Shown here piece after piece: positions 1 to 26,700 of a stretch of DNA of 64,000 nt. Source of the stretch: Callorhinchus milii (taxonomy: Eukaryota); contig NW_024704770.1 of assembly GCF_018977255.1 (NCBI RefSeq), forward strand, positions 2,542,001 through 2,606,000, written 5' to 3'. The notes below the pieces were generated by a model. It was not told where the DNA came from, made no database searches, and was given only the letters and a program-made list of their open reading frames with translations. How positions within the stretch are numbered: position 1 is the stretch's first letter; the number at the start of each line of letters is the position of its first letter. Made by a program: the position numbers and the translations under genes.

Positions 1-194
1 TGTCAACTGTGATTATGGTGCATTGTATCGTGGCTTACCTACTGATCCAGTGTGGCTCATTCAGCAAGTGTTACAACATGGGTTGGTGCGCTTTGCACAC
101 TGATTGTCCAGTGCCTTGGGACATCCTCCCGACGTGAAAGGCTATGCAAATGTAATGTTGTAATCTCTGATTTATCCTGAACTGAGCTTTATAG

Positions 195-14760
<14,566 letters not shown>

Positions 14761-17700
14761 CTGAACTTTAAGGACACAAATGTCAGGTGGGCATCGACGT
14801 CGAGTGCTAACCCAGAGCTCAAACTGCCTGCAGTGTTTCTGCGATGGTAGTTTCCGCTTAGGTTGTGGGGGGTGGGGTGTGTGTGTGTGTGTGTGTGTGG
14901 CTGGAGTGTGCTGGGAGGGAGGGAGATGGGTGTGAAGACAGTGGAGTTGCGGAGAGAGAGAGAGAGTCGATGAGGTTGTTGATCCCCGAGTTGAGAGCGG
15001 CTCAGTTGGGAATACATCCGCTGAATATCTGGACTGCACGTTTGTAGTGAGACGAGCTCGCGACATGACTGCGTTGATGCTCTGGGACGTCTGGGGTGGG
15101 GGGGGAAACTTTGTTGCTTACGCATTAGGTTATTCCTAACTAACTCGCCGATCAATCGCCTAACCAGAGCTCGAGGCAACTCGTCCATTCATTCTTTGCT
15201 GTGACATTGGCACGATATTGTAAGTGTAATCTTAATTGCCCTTGGCAAGGTCTGTATAAATACTAAAGCCTTTTTTTTTTGTGTTGTTGTGTTTTCTTGT
15301 CAGGTTTCAATTGCTGGGAGGGAAAATCGTCCATCTAGGAATTGCACTGCCCTGTTGCCACTGGGGGTTAGGGTGGTGTAGGTGGGACTAAACTCACCCC
15401 CTGTCTCTGAAAACATGGGTGGTGTGGGGGGGAGGGGGGAGGGAGGGCGGGTGGGGAAACAGCCTCTAAACTCAGAACCTACTGGATCCGTTTCGGCAGA
15501 AAGATTGATCCAGACAAATGCCTGCGGCCTTTCCCTCTGAAGAGGTGATCTGCAGCTCGCTCACTCACTCGCACACGAGAAAATCCACACATCTCAAGGG
15601 GTGTACGCTCACTTCCAGGACAGGTTTGGGGGGCCAAGTGGGGGTGGGGGGGGGGTGGTTCCACAGGGGGAAATTAGGAAACCTAAAATCACCAAGTAGG
15701 CAAAAGGCTCTTGGCCACGTATTCTTAAACCACAATAAAAAGAAAAATCGTCTCGTTTTTAAAATGCTATGAATTCAGGACGGGGCGGGAGGGGGTGGGT
15801 GGGTGGGGGCGGGGGGGGTGGGAAACGGTTGATGCTTTTTTGGCCACGGGTTTAAAAAAAGAAGTCCGAGAGAGACTTTTTCTCGCACCAAAATAGAAAG
15901 TAAAAGCAAGCTTCGTATCGTAACCGTCGTGTTGGTGCCTCGGCAGTCATCAGAAAAGGAGTCACTTTAGTGTTTTAAAAGCTCGACTGCCTGCTGGCAC
16001 TGTGATAGTCTCGTGGACCTATGATTAGAATGTATTGTGTGCCTAGATCAGTGCTTCCTTTAGTTTGTGGCAGCTGTGACGCGAGGGGAGGGCGGGCGGG
16101 CGGGCGGGTGGGTGGGGATTGAGGGAGTTGCCTTTGCTCTACTCTTGGATGGGAGCAAGTAGGGAGGGAGGGAGGGTGGGGGCATGAAGCCTGTGTCTGG
16201 ATACTGTGATGAAGCATGCGCTGGTTATGACGCCCTGTAAAAACATGAACTTGTTTTTATTATTTTATTTTTTTTAACAAAGAAAAAATTGTGGTAAGAG
16301 GCTGACGCTTCGTGTTTTTTTTTGTTTTTTTTTTGTCTTCGTAATGTGCCAGTTCACGCGGCAGGCGTTTTTATAGAACATCCTGCAGGTGTTTTTACAC
16401 AGAGCAAAATGAGCTTCCGCAGCCTCTTCCTAGATATCGGGCGGGCAGTTTGTTAGTTGCACGTATCTGAACCTAGTTAGGTAGCGGGGGGGTGGGGGGG
16501 GGATAATGCGCGCGAGTCCTGTAGCTCGGTGGTTAGAACACCCACCTCGCAAGCGAGAGACCCGGGCGGGCAGGGCAAAATGTTGGGCGAGTTTCCTTAC
16601 TCCACACGCCTCTGTTTCCCAAGCAGTGAGTGGGAACCCCGTTGTTAGTTGATTGGCGGATCGCTTTTCTGGGGGTAATAATTCCTTCAATAATAATAAT
16701 AAAAAAATTGGTCACTCGATCCACGGCTATTTGTGGGGACGCTGCTGTGCGCATTTGGCTGCCGCGTTTCACCCACAAAACGTACAGTCAGTTCACTTTG
16801 CAGTTTCTTCTATGAAGCTCTTTGAGACGTCTCGAAGACGTGATAAGGCGCCATTTCAAAATGCAAGTATTATTATTGACCAATTGTTCCCATCCACAGT
16901 CGGGGTTGACCGACTTGTTACCAGGTGGAGTATCTTTCCGAGTGGATTAAGGACTGTCTTATCTTTCCCAGTAGGAATTTAGCTGGTGTGTCTGGAGTGG
17001 GGAAAGGGGAGCCAGGGGAGACTGACATTTTATAGGAAGTAGTAAGTGGAATGGAGATGTTATTGACAGCTCACAACAGGTCCCCCCCCCCCCCTGTTCA
17101 CAGTGAGCATTTCAGTGGCTTTCATCTTTTTTTAAAAAAAAAGGTCGGTCTTTGAACTTGAAGTGACTGTGTTGACAACGACATTCTCCCATATCTGACC
17201 AACGTTTCCAGAGCCGCATTCCGTAATCTTTAGAACACTATAGCCCCCACTTCTGAACGCCAGGCAATGGTTGAAACCTCTTGTTTTGTGGCAAGTGCCA
17301 GGAGACTATTTGAGGGGGGGTGGCGCGGGGGGGTGTTTGTGTGTGGAGGAGGGCAAGGCCATACAGTCCAACTCCAGTTGTTATATGCTTTCCACATGTA
17401 CGAAGTTCCCAGGAGCAGAGCTGCACGTGTGCGCAGTGTAGAAGTGGCTGATGCTGTAGTTGCTTTGAGTTGTCGTCATCCACTGTTGGTCAGTTACTCC
17501 CATTCCTAATGGTTCTGGTGGACAGATTTCCTCTGTGAGGGACTATGAGCAAAGTGCTACTGACGTCATATTTTTTTTTAAAACATATAAACCGAGTGGT
17601 TCATTCCTATCTGCCCAGTATAAGATTCAATTGATGCCGGAGCCACGGGTTAGGGTGGTGCAAGAACCTCTGAAGCGTCCTGGCTGAATCCTGCATTTGC

Positions 17701-20665
17701 TTAAGAGAGTCGTGTAAAAACAATGATTGTGTGAGGGGGTCATTGGCTGACGACCTGCAATCCTCAATCAGAGGTTCATCATTTCGCGGCTTGGCGTTTG
17801 TGACAAACTTGCGCGAGGAAGCTCAGACTCTTCCAGGAATTTCCTCTCCCCTCCCCACCAGATTATTAGGTTGTCTTCTGTCTTTAGCAGCTGTCATCGC
17901 TTCTGTGGGATTTTCATCATTAGTCGGGTGAACCGGGCCACGGGACGAGGATTTTTTTACCCCCCATTTGTTTTTGCGTGTGGTCTCCCAGCAAAGGCCC
18001 ACGTCTCTGAATCCCATCCGGTCATTGCAAAACGTTGGGCAAGTTTCCTTACTCCACACGTACACCTCTGTTTACCCAGCGGCAAGTAGGACCCCGGTTG
18101 TTAGTCGATTGGCGGATCGCTTTTTCAGGGCTAATAATCCCTTCAAAAATAATAATAAGTAAATAATAATAATGCAGTCGCTCAATCCCCGACTGTTTGT
18201 GGGACGCTGCTGAGTGCAATTGTCTGCTGCTTTTCGCCCACAAAATATATAGTCAAATCACTTTACCGTGCATTCTGTGAAGCGCTTTGAGGCCACTCAA
18301 AGACAGGATAAGGGGCTATATCAAATGCAAGGATTATTATTATTGTCGTCGATTCCTTGCCTAATGCCAGCCAGAGTAACCGCCTCATTTGGGCAGTAGT
18401 GGATGAGGTGGGAAGTCTGTATAATAGTTTCTAGCTATTCGCGGCTGCACTTGAGTATTTCAAGCTTCAGAGCATCAGTCTACCAGCTGTAGTTCTTAGC
18501 TGACTTGGAGGTGGGGAGGGAGGTGGGAAGGGGAGGTTATTTTTAGCCTGTGATGAAATAATTCGGTCAGGGTCTCTGGCTATAATCTAAGACCCTTTTT
18601 GGGACACAGGTGCTGCTTTGTTCAATGCTTGCTTTAATCTCTCCCTTTACAAGCCTAGAAATAAGATGTTTGTCGCACTAATATAGTCCAACTTGAGTAT
18701 ATCACTGGCATTACCGGGGTGGGTGGGCAGAAGCTGGTGTCTGTGGCTATTCTGGGGGAGGAGGGAGGAAGAGAATATTACCTCCAAAGGATCTGTTATT
18801 AAAACAATGTACATTTGAACCTTTGACTATTGGCTGTGTGGAATCTTTCCGAGCAAGAGCAGACTTTACTGAACTGAAGCGCGGACAGCCTGGCAACATT
18901 TATACCATGTAGGTGACCATTTCATCATTAATAATAACAATAGTAATAAATTGGTCACTTCAATCCCCGGCTGTTTGAGGGACGCTGCTGTGTGCAATTG
19001 GCTGCCGCCTTTCGCCCACAGAATATACAATCAATTCACTTTACAGTGTGTCCTGTGAAATGCTTTGAGTCGTCGCGTAGATACGATAAGGCGCTGTGTC
19101 AGATGCAAGGATTATTATATTATTAAAACTGCTGGGTGGCCCAACAATTAATGTGTGGGGAGGGCGGTCCAAAGTTTTAACTATAAAAGCCCAGACCCAC
19201 CCCACAACTGCCCAAGTCTCTTTCCCTGGAAGTGCTCTGCCATGATGTAGCCTGGGAGAGGTGTCTGATCCCTAAGGCAGGCTGGAAGCTATTTCCTCAA
19301 TGGGGAACGTGGACTTCAGGTCTGGCTTTGGACTCTCATATCAAAGTTGGGGAGAAATGATAATTGTGCTGTGGTACAAGACTCATTTAAGAAACTGGTG
19401 GGTCATTGGAGGGGGTAATTATTATGCACATGGTAATGGGAGAAACTGCTCTTGTGTAGGTGATGGGGCTTTTTGGTATCGCACCTCCTTGATTTGATGG
19501 ATCGCTACCGTTTCATCTTGAAACGCCATGTTATCTGCTGGTGATCCTGGAGGTTAATTGAGGAGTGTTTGTGTCTGTGGAAACCTACACGATACTGGTT
19601 AGGGCAAACAAGATTTGACAAATATTAACACTGCACACTAAAACACTTTTTTTTGTGGGGCGGAGGAGTCTTTAAAGGCCACACTGGTTTGAATTGTGAA
19701 AGTTGTTTGAGAAGGTGGCAGCGTTGGTAATATACTTGTTGCCCTGCCTCAAGAAAGACTTGCTTTAAGATCTGTTGTTCGTGTGTGCATGCTTTTTTTT
19801 GTTGAGGAAATAGATGGCTGTGATTTTCTTATGACACAAAAAACATAAGAATATCATGGTCCCACTGCAAGAGTGTAAACGCTTATTGAAAGCGGGGGAG
19901 GGAGAGTTAATACACGCAGACGCTTCAATGCAATTCTGATTCTTGACGGGTACAAAATTGAGCTGCTGATATCTTGCAGTGTTAAGTGTATATTGGGCTG
20001 GAGATTCTGTCCATGTCTATCCAGAGACGATCTGATTGTCACGACGGAAATAATAATAATCCTTGTGTTTGATACAGCGTCTTATCACATCTTCGAGACG
20101 TCTCAAAGCGCTTCACGGGATATATACTGTAAAGTGAACTGACTGTATGTTTTGTGGGGCAAAATGTGATCACACCGTGTTGTAAACCGGGGTGGAAGGG
20201 GCAGAAACGTTGCCTGAAAAGAATGCTGCAGCAAAGAATGAAACGAAAGTGAGGACCTGTCCCAAAGCCTGGTCTATATTATTAGGCTTTGCTGGGTTGG
20301 GAGAGTTGACATCACATTAGCTTGAAGCCCCCGATCGAGCTGTGTGTTGGGAGATTGTGTATTTTAGATGCTCACCTGATTGCTTAACATTGGTTTGGAG
20401 GGCCTCTGTCCCTCTTCTTCTCCCCACCCCCCCACCACCGCCCCTCTTGTACCAGTGTTTTTGCTGTCTCACTGTATCCCTGCCTGTGTTTTAGTTTTTA
20501 ATTTGTATATTTGTAAATGCGTGCTGTTCCTGTGTAAAACTGTATGATGTTTTGATCAGTGTGATGGGTGGCAACTTGCACCTTCTGCTCAACTGGAGAA
20601 ACTTCTCATTCATGTATAATTTTTTTTTTATTTTCCCTACGACTAAAATCAATTACTTGTGACTC
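14761..20665 (+). other. Probable TNPO2 3' UTR with an intron (14787-15303) and a long terminal exon
   Basis: Donor CAG|GTGGGC 26 nt after the stop; strong pyrimidine tract and CAG acceptor at 15301-15303. U-rich sequence with TGTATATTTGTAAAT near 20500 and a variant signal ACTAAA at ~20642 followed by GT/T-rich sequence. The 3' end is uncertain. Confidence 0.5.
16515..16878 (+). mobile_element. Deu-type tRNA SINE, full length, in the putative TNPO2 3' UTR
   Basis: Matches family head, core and tail. Confidence 0.85.
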
Positions 20666-22029
20666 TACTTATGTCTGGCTCGTCTTTTCTCTACTGTGTG
20701 TTTGGCTTCCGTCTTCAGGGGGGGACAAAAAAACATTTCTCTTTAAGGAGGCGGTTTGAAGTCTTGGGTAAAATTAGGGCAATATGAGCTTGGTTTGGTG
20801 CAGGTTAGCAATGCCACTCTAGAACTCTATCCCACAATCGCTCCGCCTCACCCCATCTCTTACCTCCTTCGAGACCTTCCTCTTCGAGACCTTCCTCTTC
20901 AGCCATGCCTTCGGTCACCTTCCCACCCCTGCCCTCCATGCCTCCTGACCCCAACCCTCAGTTCAGGTCCAAAACCCTTGATTGCCTAAGACCCTGGGAC
21001 GTCTTTCCGACGTGAAGGGTGCTTTACAAATCTAATTTGTTGTTGTCCGTGGCCCATGATTTGGTGAAGAAATCAACTTGCACCAACAGCCCAATATATG
21101 GAAACAGAAGGACCACAATACTGTCATTAAAACCTACAAGTCCATCCCATTCTGCCATCCAATACATCAGATAAGCTGGGTGACGGTGACAGCCTTGCCT
21201 TTACCCCCGCCCGCCCCTCCCCACTTCAAGAGGGATAGGCGTTGTGAATCTACCGTCAGCCCTCACTCAGATCTTGCCATTGGAATGCATGTTGAAAGTT
21301 AAAATAAAATTTAAAGATTTGGTCACTTGTTTCCAAAAAAAAATGTATTTTATCACGAGGCACCGGGTCAGAGGCTTTGCGGAATTCGGTGCTTTACCTG
21401 AGGTGAGCGTTGGAAACGTCGCACTTGTGTTCAAATGCCTTTGTGCCCCCCTACCCTCTCCGACCTGCTTACCCGCTGCCTCCGCTCAACTGGCTCCGGC
21501 ATGTCCCTCGTGTCCTCCGCTCCACCAGCGCTTTCAGCCACTGCGCCCTGGAACACTCTTCTTCTATTCCCTCCGCCTTTGCACCCTCCTTGACCGTCTT
21601 CGGGCCGGGCCTGGAGACCTTCCTATTCGACCGCCCCTACGGTCATCTTCCTCCGGCTCAGGGTCGGGGCCCCCAACGCTCCTGTCAAGCGCTCTGGGAG
21701 GGAGGGTCAACACAGAATGGCATCGGTATATGGCGTCTTCCACGGCGGGAGGACGTCTCAGTGTGAGTTGTTGTCGTCCCCCCCCCCCCCCCCGCCGTCT
21801 CATACAGAGCCATAATTTTTTTTTGACCCCCCCCCCCCCCCCGAGAGTTGAAAGAAAACACACAGTCACTACACCCGACAGCGTATTCCGCGAAGCGCTC
21901 GGGGGACGTCCCGGAGCCGCGCTCGGGCGCTGTATCGAATTATTATTAATATCATCAATTATTATCATCATTGATATTTATCCCATTGGGGGGGGGACTG
22001 ACCCCATCCATCAGCCCAACAGCTGTGTG

Positions 22030-22600
22030 GGAGCCCGTCACGTGTCGGGGGCGGTCGGTGGTGACGACAGACGAGGCGGCGTCGGCGGCGGGTGGTGTGG
22101 GTGTGGGTGTGTTTTTTTTGCGCCCTCGTCACGTGACGGGGGACTGGGTCGGCTTCGCCTGTGACGTCGGCCGGCGCAAGCGCGCCGGAAGTGTCGGCGG
22201 GAGTCCGTGGAGACTGGAAAGCGGCGGCGGAGGCGGCAATGAAGGCTTCCACTTTCCACTCGACTCTTTGAGGTGAAGGCGGGCGGTGTCTCCCCTCCTT
22301 TTGCCCTCACACACCCCCCCCCCCCCCCGGTATTGCCTCCACCCCCTCTCCCGCCCCCCCCCTCCGGTGTCCCGCAGGCAAATAACAGGTCGACTGACAG
22401 GAGGGCGCAGGCGGGGGGGGGGGCGCGGGGGGAGAGAGGGTGGGTGGGGGGCGGGTTGCGACGTCATTGAAGGCGGTGACGTCGCTGAAGACGGTGACGC
22501 CGCTGAAGGCGGTGACGCCGTTGAAGGCGGTGACGTGGTGACGTCAGGGGGCGTGGGTTACAGGTGGGGGCGGGGCTCCAGGGTGTGCTCATGGACCAGG
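22030..22600 (+). promoter_or_regulatory. CpG-island promoter and probable non-coding first exon of FBXW9
   Basis: CpG-rich; GTCACGTGAC E-box 22128-22137, CCGGAAG ETS site ~22185, TGACGTCA CRE 22539-22546, GC boxes. Candidate donor GAG|GTGAAG at ~22272 and acceptor TTTTGACAG at ~23680 ahead of ATG 23719. Confidence 0.65.
22468..22546. repeat. 18-bp tandem repeat (TGAAGGCGGTGACGYCGY) x4
   Basis: Seen directly; each unit carries a TGACG half-CRE. Confidence 0.85.
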
Positions 22601-23718
22601 TCACACAACAACAACAACAACAACAACGGGACGAAGATGATGATGATGATGATGATGATAATAATAATCAGCGTCGCCCTCACACTCAGAGCCCGACCCG
22701 CCCGAGACCGTTACCGATTGACGGATCGCTTTTCCTTTGGGGGTAACAATCCCTTCTCGCGATACAACGACATAGACTTACGTAGCGCCCTCCACGCGGG
22801 GTAGCGCCTCAGAGCGCTGAACAGAAGTGGGGCCCGACACCGAGCCGGAGGGTTGGGGGAGGTGGCCCTGAGCCTGGTCCAACAGGAAAGTTTTCAGGCG
22901 GGGCTTGAAAGAGGGGAGCGAGGGGACAAGGCGTAGGGATTGAGGGAAAGTATTCCAGAGCAGTGGCTGAAAGCACAACCTCCGATGTGGGTGCTCTCTC
23001 AGTGGCACATAGCTTTCCATCGAGAGCGCTGTCTGGCGAGCTTTCCCGCTGCTTGCCCAGCGAGGAGCACCCTCATAGGACCTTGGCTTGCAGGGTAACA
23101 GGAGCTGAGCCTGTCCCCGGGGACTCACCTGTCCTTTCAAGGCCTTTCAGTGAGCCGGGTTGGGCTGTCATCAGCAGTGGCCTGGGATACTGTGGACCCA
23201 ACTGGCTCAGAAACCAGACAGAGTTTGATTCCGACTTTCCGTTGCCAAACACGTCACCTTGGAACCAGTTCAGGTCCAAGGAGAGCCCCACTTATCGTTC
23301 CTTCTTTACCCTCCCCCCTCCCCACCCCCAAGGTAATCAATCAATATCTAACGAGTGCGGTTCAGCTGTCGGCCCTTCAGCCTCTCTGCCCCCACCCTCT
23401 CGAACTCCATCCCACGATCCCTCTGCCTTGCCCCCTCCCTCGCCTCCATCAAGGCCCGTCTCAAAACCCTCCTCTTCGACCGCCCCTTCGGCCACCCTCC
23501 CTGCCCTCCACCCACCCCCACCCCGATCCCGACCCCCAGGTCGGGTCCAAACCCTGACTGTCCAGCACCTTGGGAAGTCCTCCCAACATGAAAGGCGCTG
23601 TGTAAATATAACATTGTATTGCAATCTGTCTATCTCCAGGAATCAGAGGGTCTGGGGTCATTATTTTTATCTTTTTGACAGACTTTATTGCACGGAGAAG
23701 GCACCAATATAGGGCTCG

Positions 23719-26700
23719 ATGTCGGAGGACGGCCTGAGCTGTGATGGGCTCACGTCCGACGGGGAGTCCGAAGTGGACCATGATAAAGATCCAGAGGCTC
23801 AGGCGCAGGAGTATGTGAACCGTGTGTGGAACCCTGACGTGTCTGGCCCGCGACCCCCCAGTTGCCCAGCGGAAGTGCAGCTCAAGAGCCCCAAGTCCAC
23901 AGCCTCGGATCTGAGCATGAAGCTGCTGACGAGCGCAGCACTGCCCGAAGGGGAGGGGATGGAGTCTGGCCTCCTCTCTCTCCCCTGGGAGCTGATCCTG
24001 GAGATCTGCTCCTACCTGGACGCCAGGTTTGTGCTGGGAGTCCTGCCTTTGGTTTGCCGGGCGTTCCAGTGTGTCCTGACTGATGATGTGACCTGGAGAA
24101 TCCGGGTCCAGAAACTCCTTGGCCTGAATTTCCCGATGCTGGAAGGTGAGTTACTGTGCTTCATCGTTTGTGGAGTTCTGTAGCTCAGTGGTTAGAGCAC
24201 TCTCCTTGCAAGCGAGAGGACCTGGGTTCGATTCCCGACTGGGCAAAAGGTTTCCTGACTCCACACACACACACCTCTGTTTACTCAGCAGTAAGTAGTA
24301 ATCCGGTTGTTAGTCGATTGGCGGATCGTTTTTCCGGGGATAATAACTCCTATGAAAAAAAATGTGGTCACTTCAATCCACGACTGTTTGTGGGGACGTC
24401 GCTGTGCGCAATTGGCTGCGGAGTTTCGCCCACAAAACACAGTCAATTCACTTTACAGTATATCCTGTGAAGCGCTTTAAGACGTCCACCACCACAACAA
24501 CAAATTACACTTGTATAGCGCCCTTCAAGTCGGAAAGATGTCCCAGGGCCCCAGACAATCAGGGGTTTTGAACCTGAACTGGAAGTTGGGGTCAGGAGGC
24601 GTGGAGGGCAGGGGTGGGAGGGTGGCTAAAGGCATGGTCCAAGGAAGAGGAAGGTCTTTAGATGGGAGTTGAAGGAGGCAGGAGAGAGGGGGCAAGGCTG
24701 AGGGATTGCGGGATAGAGCTCCAGAGTGTGGGGGCAGAGATGCTGAACCGACCACCAATGGTGTGGAACTTTGTGAGTAATTGGGGGGTGGAGGGAGGGG
24801 GTTGACGTTGGGTTTAGACTGATTCTCTGCTTTAATCGGCTGCTTTTTCCTCCTCGCCTTCACCAGGAAGACATTTTAATTGGCCCCTGGCATGTATCGA
24901 ACTGGAAGAACACTTGTCCCATTGGTCCCAGGGCCTGGAGAAGGTGGAGCACTTCTCTCTGAACGACGGCCACTTTGCTGCTGTGGACTGTGTGCTGCTA
25001 ATCAAGGTAAAGTCCACCCCACCCCACACCCCCACCCACCACCAGCCACTACTTCCCCAAGTCTGAAAAGTTGCGATTGGCTGCTTCACGGAGTATTTCT
25101 GCATCTCATCGCTCGAGGCGTATGGAGTAAGGAAACTTGCCCAACGTTTTGCCTTGACCTGACCCGCCCGGGAATCGAACCCGGGTCCTCCGGCTTGCGA
25201 GGCGAGGGCTCTAACCGCTGAGCTACTGGGGAGTGTACAAATGCACGTTGTTGTCGCTGTTGTTCCTCAGAATGCAACATTGTGCATCACTGGATCCAGG
25301 GATCGAAATGTGAACGTCTGGGATTTGAAGCGTTTGGATCAGAAGGACGAGACAGTGTTGGTCAAGTCTCTTGGAAACCGACCTCGTGGTACCCACAAGG
25401 TACAGCTTCGCTGGTCGCGCGCTCTTCCAAACTCAGACTAAAGATGTGGACTCTGGTCTGCTCCACATCCCCCGCCCAGCCCGCCCCACCATTCAGCCTC
25501 TCTGCCCTCCCACACTCTGGAACTCCATCCCACATTCCCTCCGCCTCGTTCCCTCCTTCGCTGCCTTCAAGACCCGTCTCAAGACCCTCCTCTTCAACCA
25601 CGCCTTCTGTCACCCTCCTACCCCCACCCTGCCCTGCTCTGCCCTCCACCCCCTCCTAATCCCAACCCCCCAGTCCAAATCCCTGACTGTCCAGCGCCTT
25701 GGGACGTTCGCACGATGTGAAATGTATAGTTTAATAATATAAATGTAATATTCTTTGGTGTGACTTCCTGTTGTCCCCTCTCTCAGGGCTGGGTCTGGTC
25801 GCTGGCCTCACAGGGGGACATGCTGAGCTCCGGATCCTGGGATAGCTGCATCAAGCTCTGGGACATGGCGTGCGAGGGAGCCAGTGTCCGGGAAATCAGG
25901 TAGAGCTTTCAGAATGACAGTGACATTTGTAAAACCCCAAAGCTGTGGAACTCTCTCCCGCAATCCCTTCTCCTCGCCCCCTCCCTCATCTACACCCCTC
26001 CCCCTGACTCGGGCTCCGCCACTGATAATAATACTTGCATTTGATACAGCGCCTTATCTCGTCTCAAATTGTTTCACCGGATATACTGTAAAGTGGAGTG
26101 ACTGTATTTTCTGAGATTCTCTGAGACACCGTACGGTGTGAAGGGCGCTATATAAATGCAAGTTGGCGTCCCGTAGCTCAGCGGTTAGAGCGCTTGTGCC
26201 TTGCCCCGAGAGGACCTGGGTTCGATTCCCAGGTCAGGGCAAAAGGCTTTTGGGCGAGTTTCCCTACTCCACACACACACACACACACACACACACCTCT
26301 GTTTACTCAGCAGTAAGTAGGAACCCACCTGTTTGTCGATTGGCGGATCGCTTTTCCTGTGGGTAATAATCCCCTTCAAAAAAATATTAACAAATCGGTC
26401 ACTTCAATCCATGACCGTTTGTGGGGACGCTGCTGTGAGCAATTGGCGGGCTGCGTTTTGCCCACAAAATCCACAGTCACTACACTTTACAGTGTATCCT
26501 GTGACGTGCTTTGAGACGTCTCGGAAGACGTGATAAAAGGCACTGGAGCAAAGGCCAGGATTATTACTATTATTTGATTGACTGCAAGAAGTGGGTGAAG
26601 TTTAATCGTAGTGGTGACCACCGACTGTCTGCGCTGTGTGTTGGGAGTGACCGTCAGGGCCCCGGGAGGTCTTTCCGACGCGAAGGGTGCGATACAAGTG

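Noticed and set aside
21244-22164. 306-aa ORF
   Set aside because: Built from an L2 fragment, a decayed SINE and CpG-island sequence; no recognisable domain.
22963-23712. 249-aa Pro/Ser-rich ORF upstream of FBXW9
   Set aside because: Largely an L2 3' fragment; stops before and does not join the FBXW9 ATG.
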